A stretch of DNA of 64,000 bases from NCBI GenBank assembly GCA_050613775.1, contig JBODTK010000001.1:1674001-1738000 (forward strand), in the 5' to 3' direction. This DNA is from Neocallimastix sp. 'constans' (lineage: Eukaryota). The notes under the pieces are model-generated. The model worked only from the letters and a program-made list of their open reading frames with translations. It was not told where the DNA came from and ran no database searches. This document shows, in pieces, positions 9,093-20,500 of the stretch. The position numbers and the translations under genes are program-made. Position 1 is the stretch's first letter, and every line of letters starts with the position of its first letter.

Positions 9093-11797
9093 GTCAAATT
9101 CTCCAGTAAAGGACAAAAATGGTAAACTAGCTACTTCTACTAAAGAACAGTTAGAAGTATGGCACAATCACTATAAAAAACTTGCTTCAAGCCATTCTGA
9201 TATCAATAGTGCATTAATCGAATGGTATAATAAATTTTCCAATGGAACATTTAGGTATACGAGACACAATGAATGGGATATAAATCAAGACATCAGTATA
9301 GAAGAAATTAGAGAAGCAATTTTGGCTACTCCAAATTTTAAAGCTTCAGGCCCGGATGGAATTCCTATTGAATTTTATAAAGCTTTAATTCCTCCGGATG
9401 ACGAAAATTCAGTAAATAATTCTTCTTCTGGTTTAAATTGTTTACAGAAGATATACTCAAGAATTTGGAATGGAGAATTTCCTAGCTCATGGAATGAAGC
9501 AAGTATTATATCTATTCCTAAAAAAGGAGATGATCTATCTGATTGTGACAATTATCGAGGTATCTCTCTGATTAACAATGGTATTAAACTCATTTCGAAA
9601 ATAGTCTCCAAAAGAATTTCAGAATATGGACTTAAAAATAATTTTATTAGGCCAGAGCAATTTGGATTTCGTACTAAAGAAGAATGTGTTAGTTTATTTA
9701 TTTCAATTCGAGAAATTTGTCAAAGGCGTAAAAATGATAATAAAGAAACTTACCTAGCTTTTCTAGATTTAAAAAAGGCATATGATTCTGTTCCAATAGG
9801 TAATATTTTATATAAATTAGATGCTTTAGGTATTAGAGGTAAATGTTATCAATTTATAAAAAATCTATATTTGACATCCAAAGCTAGTGTTAAAATTGAT
9901 GATCAATATTCGGAATCTTTTAATATTATGAAAGGAGTTAGACAAGGTTGTCCACTATCACCAATTCTTTTCAATCTTTTTATTAATGACATTTTTAATG
10001 ATGTTTCAGAACTTGGAATTCCTTTAGGCGAATCTAGATGTTGTGGTGGACTCTTTGCAGATGATATTGTTCTATGCGCACCGTCAAGAACTAAGTTGAA
10101 AAAAATGCTTAAGAAGGTAAATGAATGGGCTAAATTTAATATGATGAATTTTGGAATTAATAAGTGTGCAACGATGGTGATTCGACCAGACACACCTCTT
10201 TTTCAAAATAAAAGAGATCCTACTTTTTATCTTGCTGGTCAACCAATTCCAATAACTAAATGTTATACCTATTTAGGTATACCATTTGATAAAAGCTTAT
10301 CGTTGAAACCTATTATTAAATTACTTAACTCTAAAGTAACTAAATCTCTCTTTTCTGTTAGTAAATTTCTTTCAAATTCCAAAATTCCTATTCCATTTAA
10401 GAAGATTATAATTAACTCTTATGTACTTAGTAAAGTCTCTTACTTTGCACCTTTACTTGGTTCGAATAAAACGAGAACAAATAATACTCAGAAATTAATT
10501 AATAAAGGATTAAGATGGATTGCAGGTATACAAAAAGCCAAATCATTTATTAATGTATATTCTATTTCAAAAGATTTACATATTCCTCCATTGTCAGCTA
10601 AGTGTGCTTTGTCTCAGGTCAAATGTTTTGATAAATGGAAAAATTCAAATTGTATTATTTCCTATTTAGTTAATAATATTCCAAAATCTAGAAAATATAC
10701 ATGGACAAAAGAAAGTAGAACTCTTAAACGTAAACTAGAGAAAAGAGGTAATAACGATAATAAAATCAAGGATTTTTATTGGAAAAGAGATATGAAAATC
10801 AATTCTATTAAAGCTGAGTTTTATGACAAAAACAAATTCGAAGAAACATCAAAATTTATAAAACTTTGTTATGACTATCCTGATCTTTCATATGGTTTCT
10901 ATTGGCTATTGAGAGTACGAAGCGGATATAGATTAGATGCTAGAATTGCTAAAGCTGCAAAAATAGTGGACCAAATGTGTCCTAATTTTTGTCCCTGTTG
11001 TAAAAGTAATAAACAATGGATAAGTCATTGGTTAATTGATTGTCCCTTTTTCAATCATACTCGTAGTAAAGTTAATGATAAAATTTTATTTTTATATAAT
11101 GCTTTTTACCGTGGCAACCTAACAAATGATATTGTTAATAGTAATAATGATAATAGTAATAGTAATAATAGTAATAGTTATAATAGTAATAATAATATTA
11201 GTAATAGTATTTTTAGTAATGTTAGTAATAGTATTGAAAATAATGTGTATATTGATTCTAGTGTGTGTGAAAAAGTGTTTAATTTCCTTCTTGGAGGTCG
11301 AAGTATTAATAACAGTACAAGGGAATGGAAGGATCTATTTAAGTGCCAGATGAAATCAGGTGCTTATTCTGATACTCCGTTCTTAGTGGTTACTGCGGCA
11401 CTTCTCCAATCGATTATACCTATTGCTATTGGCCAGCAATGGTCTTTATTCAATAGGTTCAAATCGAATCGTACTACTACTACCAAGAGCGTCAATGCTG
11501 AAGAAACAGTAAGACAGGCCAGCAGGGCTAGCGCAACCAATGAAGATCATAATTTTGTATCTTAAAATTATGATTAACATTGCGAAGTCAAAGTTAATTA
11601 TTATACTTCAGTATAATAATGCCCTTGTGAAGTCTTACAAATATTAATTAAATGAAACTAGAATATATTATACCATTATTTTATTTTTATTTTGTGTTTT
11701 ATTTTTTGTTTATTTTTTTATCTTTTTTTTTTTTATTATTTTATTACATGTATTTTATCAAATATTTAATTAATAAAGATGAAACAAGTTTGCTGCC

Positions 11798-11833
<36 letters not shown>
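9090..11833 (+). mobile_element. Family A 3' half (RT to poly(A)), tandem copy 2
   Basis: Near-identical to 6345-9089; intact 824-aa frame; poly(A) 11801-11833. Confidence 0.95.
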
Positions 11834-11836
<3 letters not shown>

Positions 11837-14548
11837 GTCAAATTCTCCAGTAAAGGACAAAAATGGTAAACTAGCTACTTCTACTAAAGAACAGTTAGAA
11901 GTATGGCACAATCACTATAAAAAACTTGCTTCAAGCCATTCTGATATCAATAGTGCATTAATCGAATGGTATAATAAATTTTCCAATGGAACATTTAGGT
12001 ATACGAGACACAATGAATGGGATATAAATCAAGACATCAGTATAGAAGAAATTAGAGAAGCAATTTTGGCTACTCCAAATTTTAAAGCTTCAGGCCCGGA
12101 TGGAATTCCTATTGAATTTTATAAAGCTTTAATTCCTCCGGATGACGAAAATTCAGTAAATAATTCTTCTTCTGGTTTAAATTGTTTACAGAAGATATAC
12201 TCAAGAATTTGGAATGGAGAATTTCCTAGCTCATGGAATGAAGCAAGTATTATATCTATTCCTAAAAAAGGAGATGATCTATCTGATTGTGACAATTATC
12301 GAGGTATCTCTCTGATTAACAATGGTATTAAACTCATTTCGAAAATAGTCTCCAAAAGAATTTCAGAATATGGACTTAAAAATAATTTTATTAGGCCAGA
12401 GCAATTTGGATTTCGTACTAAAGAAGAATGTGTTAGTTTATTTATTTCAATTCGAGAAATTTGTCAAAGGCGTAAAAATGATAATAAAGAAACTTACCTA
12501 GCTTTTCTAGATTTAAAAAAGGCATATGATTCTGTTCCAATAGGTAATATTTTATATAAATTAGATGCTTTAGGTATTAGAGGTAAATGTTATCAATTTA
12601 TAAAAAATCTATATTTGACATCCAAAGCTAGTGTTAAAATTGATGATCAATATTCGGAATCTTTTAATATTATGAAAGGAGTTAGACAAGGTTGTCCACT
12701 ATCACCAATTCTTTTCAATCTTTTTATTAATGACATTTTTAATGATGTTTCAGAACTTGGAATTCCTTTAGGCGAATCTAGATGTTGTGGTGGACTCTTT
12801 GCAGATGATATTGTTCTATGCGCACCGTCAAGAACTAAGTTGAAAAAAATGCTTAAGAAGGTAAATGAATGGGCTAAATTTAATATGATGAATTTTGGAA
12901 TTAATAAGTGTGCAACGATGGTGATTCGACCAGACACACCTCTTTTTCAAAATAAAAGAGATCCTACTTTTTATCTTGCTGGTCAACCAATTCCAATAAC
13001 TAAATGTTATACCTATTTAGGTATACCATTTGATAAAAGCTTATCGTTGAAACCTATTATTAAATTACTTAACTCTAAAGTAACTAAATCTCTCTTTTCT
13101 GTTAGTAAATTTCTTTCAAATTCCAAAATTCCTATTCCATTTAAGAAGATTATAATTAACTCTTATGTACTTAGTAAAGTCTCTTACTTTGCACCTTTAC
13201 TTGGTTCGAATAAAACGAGAACAAATAATACTCAGAAATTAATTAATAAAGGATTAAGATGGATTGCAGGTATACAAAAAGCCAAATCATTTATTAATGT
13301 ATATTCTATTTCAAAAGATTTACATATTCCTCCATTGTCAGCTAAGTGTGCTTTGTCTCAGGTCAAATGTTTTGATAAATGGAAAAATTCAAATTGTATT
13401 ATTTCCTATTTAGTTAATAATATTCCAAAATCTAGAAAATATACATGGACAAAAGAAAGTAGAACTCTTAAACGTAAACTAGAGAAAAGAGGTAATAACG
13501 ATAATAAAATCAAGGATTTTTATTGGAAAAGAGATATGAAAATCAATTCTATTAAAGCTGAGTTTTATGACAAAAACAAATTCGAAGAAACATCAAAATT
13601 TATAAAACTTTGTTATGACTATCCTGATCTTTCATATGGTTTCTATTGGCTATTGAGAGTACGAAGCGGATATAGATTAGATGCTAGAATTGCTAAAGCT
13701 GCAAAAATAGTGGACCAAATGTGTCCTAATTTTTGTCCCTGTTGTAAAAGTAATAAACAATGGATAAGTCATTGGTTAATTGATTGTCCCTTTTTCAATC
13801 ATACTCGTAGTAAAGTTAATGATAAAATTTTATTTTTATATAATGCTTTTTACCGTGGCAACCTAACAAATGATATTGTTAATAGTAATAATGATAATAG
13901 TAATAGTAATAATAGTAATAGTTATAATAGTAATAATAATATTAGTAATAGTATTTTTAGTAATGTTAGTAATAGTATTGAAAATAATGTGTATATTGAT
14001 TCTAGTGTGTGTGAAAAAGTGTTTAATTTCCTTCTTGGAGGTCGAAGTATTAATAACAGTACAAGGGAATGGAAGGATCTATTTAAGTGCCAGATGAAAT
14101 CAGGTGCTTATTCTGATACTCCGTTCTTAGTGGTTACTGCGGCACTTCTCCAATCGATTATACCTATTGCTATTGGCCAGCAATGGTCTTTATTCAATAG
14201 GTTCAAATCGAATCGTACTACTACTACCAAGAGCGTCAATGCTGAAGAAACAGTAAGACAGGCCAGCAGGGCTAGCGCAACCAATGAAGATCATAATTTT
14301 GTATCTTAAAATTATGATTAACATTGCGAAGTCAAAGTTAATTATTATACTTCAGTATAATAATGCCCTTGTGAAGTCTTACAAATATTAATTAAATGAA
14401 ACTAGAATATATTATACCATTATTTTATTTTTATTTTGTGTTGTGTTTTATTTTTTGTTTATTTTTTTATCTTTTTTTTTTTTTTATTATTTTATTACAT
14501 GTATTTTATCAAATATTTAATTAATAAAGATGAAACAAGTTTGCTGCC

Positions 14549-14584
<36 letters not shown>
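11834..14584 (+). mobile_element. Family A 3' half, tandem copy 3
   Basis: Same start point as copy 2 (period 2744 bp); poly(A) 14552-14584. Confidence 0.95.
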
Positions 14585-14586
<2 letters not shown>

Positions 14587-14662
14587 AGGGAATAATACAT
14601 ATGGAAGTTTTATTTTTAATTTTTTTTTTTATAAATTCGGCTCCAAATTATAGTGACTCAAC

Positions 14663-14736
14663 AAATTTCATGTATTTAAACTTCATGTATTTTTTTAAAA
14701 AAAAAAATATTATTAAATAAAGTTTATTCCTGGCTA
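14663..14736 (+). mobile_element. Family D 3' UTR stub
   Basis: Matches 17336-17406 (TTCATGTATTTAAA..AATAAAGTTTATTCCT). Confidence 0.8.
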
Positions 14737-14749
14737 ATTTTGCACTTCA

Positions 14750-16636
14750 ATTCAACGTCTATCACTTAAATATTCACAATTTTCTCTTGGATTTTTTTGG
14801 ATTGGACGAATTAAATGTGGATTCAAATTTGATGTATATCATTGATGAATAAATTATATACATCAAATTTGAATCCACATTTGCTGATGATGTTGTTCTC
14901 ATTGCTCCAAGTGCAAAAAATTTAGAAAAATTATTAAAAAAGGTACATAAATGGGCTAATTTAAATGAAATGACTTTTGGTATTGAAAAGTGTGCAACTA
15001 TGGTTATAAAACCAATGAACTTCCAACCTCCTCCAAACTATAGTGATCCAACCTTCTATTTAGGAAAGAATGATATTCCTAAAGTTTCTAGTTATGTCTA
15101 TCTTGGTATTCCTTTTTCAGATGATCTCCTACTAGAACACATTATATCTCACATGCATTTTAAAGTTAGAAAATCCCTTCTTTCATTTACACGTTTCTTT
15201 TCAAATAAACTTATTCCTATTGTATACAAGAAAAAAGTTCTTCAATCCTTTGTTATTAGTAAAGTAATTTATTATTCTCCTTTACTTGGTTCAAACAAAT
15301 CTAGAACGGCTAGAATTCAAACATTAATTAATACTGGTCTATTTTGGTGTATCGGTTCCTTCTCTAAAAATGGTAAAACAAATACAGAAAACAATGACTA
15401 TATTAGACATAATTCAACAATGAGTACTTATGCTTTATCTCGAGATCTAAGCATCCCTCCTATTGCTGGTATCTGCGCAGCCTTACAGATTAAATCATTT
15501 GCAAAATGGAGTAAATCAAACTGTATTATAAAGGATCTTATTAAATCTATTCCCAAAATGCCTTATTATTCCTGGACTAAAGAATCTAGAACACTATATA
15601 AAAAAATCAAAAAATATAAATGTGTAAAATATGACGATATTATAGAACGTTACTGGAAATCAGTTTCCAGATTTCAAGGTATTAAAGGTCAAAACTACGA
15701 TAGTAACAAGTTCTCAAACAATAAAGCTATAATAATGCTTAGCTTAAAATATCCCCAATTCAACTTAGGATTTTCGTGGATTATACGTTTACGCTGTGGT
15801 TATAAATACAATACTACTATTGCTATTAGAATGGGTAGAGTTTCAGAAGATTGTCCAAAGTCCTGCCCATGTTGTGGTGAAGGTAATCAATCTTTTGAAC
15901 ATTGGATTTTTAAATGCGATGCTCTTGCATCTTTTAGATGGAATTCTTTAAATTTCATCGATGATCTCTATGTTTTATTCCTTAGGAAGATTAGAGCGTT
16001 TAATCCTCTTTCTTCCTATGACTCTATTTCTGATTTTGAAGATTATATCAATCATTATATATACTTGTTCCTTCTTGGTGGGACTTTAGTTTTAAATGAA
16101 CTACATTTCGATAGTGGGGAACAGAGACATTTAAATGAACTACTTTTCAAAGGTTCATCTGAGTCACCTGTTCCAAAAATTGTGGGCTTGGCGGAATTCT
16201 TAACAAATGCAATACCTATCATAAGTAGTTCGTTTGAGCTATTATTTGATAGGTATTGCAAAATATCAAACTTAACCAAGAGCGTCGACGTCGTACTGAT
16301 AAGGCATAATGAAAATACAGGATTATCATCTATTACTACGAAGGGTGATTCTCGCCCTAGTAGCTCAATAAATGATGAATCCGGGGAGAGTTTAGTGGAC
16401 ACCACACTATCTATTTTAAGGATGTTACTTCTAAATTTTATTTCTTTTTTATTTGTTAGGAAGGGTAAAATTCCCGCATAGTACAACTTGCCGAAATACA
16501 TAGTATTTTCGAGCTTTTTTATTTTTTATTTTTTATTTTTTAATTTTTTATTTTTAATTTCTAATGTACTTTTCACCTACATGTATTTTTTAAAATAAAA
16601 TTTAATAAAGTTTTTGGAAGTGTATTCTCTTCCCTG

Positions 16637-16686
<50 letters not shown>

Positions 16687-17428
16687 AATTTGATGTAAAA
16701 ACGTATGTTAAAAGTAATCTAGTATCAGAAAATTGCCCAACATACTGCCCTTGTTGTGGTGAGAGTAACAGCATACCTAGTTTTACACACTGGATACTTT
16801 TATGTCCTAAATTTGAAGAATTTAGGCAACATTTCATTCCCTTTGTTGATGAAATTTTTATTAATTTTTCTCTAATTGTTCATGAGAAATCATTGAACAT
16901 TCCTGATGATAAAGAGGAAGATTTTGATGATAATATCAATTTTTACGTGCTGTGTCTCCTTCTTGGCGGAAATGCAGTATTTGAAATCTTAAAGATCGGC
17001 TCGGGGGAAAGAAGGCGATATATTAATAATATTTTTCAATCACCTCCGAACGAGTCTTCTTTCCCGATTTCATATTTTGTGGGGCTTGCGGAATTCCTTA
17101 CTAACGTTATGCCTATTGTGATTGGTGATTTTTACACCATGATCGATTTGTATAGTGTTAGACCTACCGTTGTCAAGAGCGTCGACGTCGTAACGATAAG
17201 GCAAAGAAGAAATTCTGATACAGATTCGAATGATAATTTTCATCCACATGGAGTTATCTTCGATGAATGGGAAGAGTTAGAGGCCTTTTCGTCCTCGAAT
17301 CTCATAACGTAGTTTTTTAATATTAATATAAAAAATAATTTCATGTATTTAAATTTCATGTATTTTTTAAAAAAAATATTATTAAATAAAGTTTATTCCT
17401 AGTCTAAAAAAAAAAAAAAAAAAAAAAA
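14750..17428 (+). mobile_element. 5'-truncated family D LINE split by a C insertion; TSD AATTTTGCACTTCA at 14736-14749 and 17427-17440
   Basis: 14750-14836 encodes IQRLSLKYSQFSLGFFWIGRIKCGFKFDV, which continues at 16684 as KFDVKTYVKSNLVSENCPTYCPCC..HWILLC; poly(A) 17406-17428. Confidence 0.88.
14880..16683 (+). mobile_element. 5'-truncated family C LINE nested in D; TSD TCAAATTTGATGTA at 14823-14836 and 16684-16697
   Basis: Starts at the RT FADD motif; open frame to 16481 with CPCC..HWIFKC; poly(A) 16640-16683. Confidence 0.92.
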
Positions 17429-17495
17429 TTTTGCACTTCATTTTATGGTATTTCTGATCATAAACCTATTATACTTTCTTGCAACAAAGTTCTCT
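17427..17495 (+). mobile_element. LINE APE-endonuclease fragment (target of the D insertion)
   Basis: Translates FCTSFYGISDHKPIILSCNKV, homologous to B CSTFNDISDHFPLILSCKK. Confidence 0.75.
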
Positions 17496-17580
17496 TATCT
17501 CTCCTTCAAAGCAATTAGATCCCCAATGATGTGGACTGTTTTTCCAGGTCCATGGAGGGTTGATGGAAAAGGAATAACCT

Positions 17581-20500
17581 ATATCAGGTGTACTAATTAC
17601 AGCTTTCTGTGATTCTGATGATAATCGATGGTTATCCTTTCTAAAGTGGCTTCTAATACGAAGAGTGAAAACTGGAATACTGGAAGACTGTAGAAAGTGA
17701 ACCTGATGTTTTATATTGTTTTAAACTGGATATGTAGTAACATTGGAGTTGTATAATTAATAATATCATGTAGTTTCTACATATTATCATTGTAATGAAT
17801 CTATTGTATTTTTTACTTTAGCATTATTTTGTATATGTATTTTTCTATAGTATTATTTATACTTTCATGTAGCTATTGTAAAATGGAAATGTAGGAGATT
17901 GATTCACTCCAAAGCTTGTGTTTAAGACATTATTTAACGGATGGGAATCTTTTTTATAGTCTTTCTCTACTAATATTTTTTCTTTTTAAATATACTTTTA
18001 GCTAATTTATGATTATTCAACAGAAAATTTTTAACATCTTAAAGCGCTTTATTAATTGAAAGAATTATAATCATTCAAAAGATAAAAAGAAACAATTATT
18101 CATTTTTACAGTATATACAAGTAATTTTGTATCAATAAATTACTAACCCTTGAGTAAATTTATAAATATTATATCAGTTATACAGGATAAAATCAATTAT
18201 TTACAAAATCTAAAATCTATTCAATCATCAAGAACAATTTTATATTTCAAGCTTTCAAATATTCAACACCAATATTTTTTTTTTACTATTTAAAGAGAAT
18301 TTACTTTCTCTTTTATTTTTTAATTTATTTTATTACATTTATATATATAAAAAAAAAAAAAAAAAAATTTTTTTATCTATTTTTTTATTATTTTTATTAT
18401 TTTTATTTTATTCTTCTTTTATTTTATTTTTTAGGCTTTCTTGATATGGATAATACTTCTTCAAATTCAGCAACTATACCTGTTTTGCGACGTGGTCTTC
18501 GAAGATACGATATTCAGAATAAAGATTTCATTCTTATCTTTATTCATGATCTTCAATCATGGTCTGTTAGTAAACTTTGGGAATTTCTTAGTAAACGTAT
18601 TTCCAATTGCAATGAAATAGTTCATGGAATTATAAAAACACACTCACCTAATATGGAAAATTACTTCATTTTAAGGATAAACTATGATAAACCCACTTAT
18701 TACCTAAATATTTTATTTCTTCTTACCCATTGCCTTCCAATCAATAAAATTAATTGGGTCCAAACCGACAAAATCAGAACTTTCAGTGAAGTTAAGAAAT
18801 TTAACAACAAATTTTCTTCTTTTGAAACTAAATCAATGGCTAAAGATTTTCTTTATAGTAATATTTATTCACCGTCTACTCAGTTCTTTAATCTTTGTGT
18901 CAGTTGGAATATTAATGGATGGAATGATGAAAAACGTGATGGTATTAGATACTTTAATGAAATATTTAAACCCATCTGTATTTGCTTGCAAGAGGTCGGT
19001 AATAGCCAATACCTTAATGCACATTCAAATAATTACCCATTTCTTTGTCACTATAATACAATTTTACGTAAAGCTGATCCAAATATACCCGGTATGAGAG
19101 GTCTTAGTATAAGTGTACATCGTTCATGTTCATTTTCTCCTGATCCCTTTGAATATAAGTATATCATTTCTGTCAACATTACTTCTTTTTGGGGAATTAA
19201 ATGCACTATTGGTAATATTTATGTTCCTACGGTCACTCATAAGGAAGAAAGAAAGAATGCCTTTTCAGAAATTACTAATTGGATAAAGAAACATACTAAT
19301 ACACCTTCTATTCTTGTAGGTGACTTTAATATGTCTAAACCCCAATTAGATAGTTTACTTAATAAATCATCTTATCAGTGGTTCACTAAATACTTATCAG
19401 GTCTCGATTTCACATGGGCTCGGGATGGTAGATCGTCTTGTATTGATCATGTTTTATTTAATTGTAAAATGAAGGAATACATTAATAAGGTATCTGTTTG
19501 TAGTACATTCAATGATATATCTGACCACTTCCCTCTTATCCTTTCCTGTAAGAAAGATGACTCAGAAGGTTTTCGTGCTCCTACTCCTTCTAGAAGATTC
19601 AAGTGGTCCCAACGCATGTGTAATGAAAAGCATAATGAGATATTCTCAAGTAACTACTTCTCAATTCTTATTAATGAATTTGATGATAATAAAGAATTAA
19701 GTTCTAATGAAATGGTCAATAAATTTATAGAAACAGCTAATAAAGTTGGTGATAAAGTTCATGCTAGAGTTCCTTGTGATCTTAAAGGATCAGCTTTCCA
19801 CTGCCCTTATTATATCAAGAAACTTTCTCATGAAAAGCATGTTGCATTTAATGAAATCAAAAATTTTTCTTTAGGTTCTAATCTTGAAAACCTTGATGAA
19901 TTTTTAAATTTGCTTCGTGAGTATAAAAATATATGTGGTAAAGTCAGGTCAATTAAGTTTTCTATTAAATCAAAACAATTTCATCAGTCAATAGAATCTG
20001 CATGTAATGATTTTAGTAATAAAAATGCTAGGAGTGCTTGGTTAAAATTAAAGAAGCTATCTCGCCCTATGTACTCTAATTCTATTTCGTCAAGTGTTTT
20101 AAAGGACAAGCAGGGTAACTTTTTATTCTCTCATTCGGATCAATTAAATCGATTTGCTGAACATTACAGTGAACTAGCTTCTGATGTTACTCAACACAGT
20201 TTGGATAATGAATACTGGGTAAGTTTATTTGGAACTAATCCTAATAATAATCTTACTTGGGATATTAATGATTCTATTACTATGAAAGAAATTCAAAACA
20301 CTGTGCTTGAAATGAAAAATAATAAAGCTCCTGGACCCGATGGTATTCCGATTGAATTTTTTAAATCCTTCTTTAGTAAATCTGATTTATCAGATAATCA
20401 AGATGATTCTTCAGATGATCACTACTCTATGTGTGCTAAATGTTTACTTTCATTATTTAACAAAATCTGGGATGGTGATTTCCCTGAAGAGTGGAATTCG

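Larger units (their letters stand above)
3599..14584 (+). mobile_element. 5'-truncated family A LINE that hosts the nested full-length A copy; 13-bp TSD TGAGGGAATAATA at 3586-3598 and 14585-14597
   Basis: 3599-3692 matches internal A sequence 6258-6351 and resumes after the poly(A) at 9090/11834. The final poly(A) (14552-14584) is followed by the same 13-mer that precedes 3599. Confidence 0.85.

Noticed and set aside
11652..11834. Hydrophobic, poly-Lys N-terminus of the 885-aa ORF (similarly 8907, 14436, 16614, 27428)
   Set aside because: Chance read-through of a U-rich 3' UTR and poly(A) tail into the next copy.
9090..14584. Tandem RT genes as a retron, DGR or CRISPR-associated system
   Set aside because: Poly(A) tails, TSDs and APE domains identify LINEs; there are no repeat-spacer arrays in the window.
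17610..17675. CTGATGA ... GAAA as a hammerhead ribozyme
   Set aside because: The hairpin after CUGAUGA is followed by UCCUUU rather than GAAA; I could not build stems I and III with a cleavage triplet.
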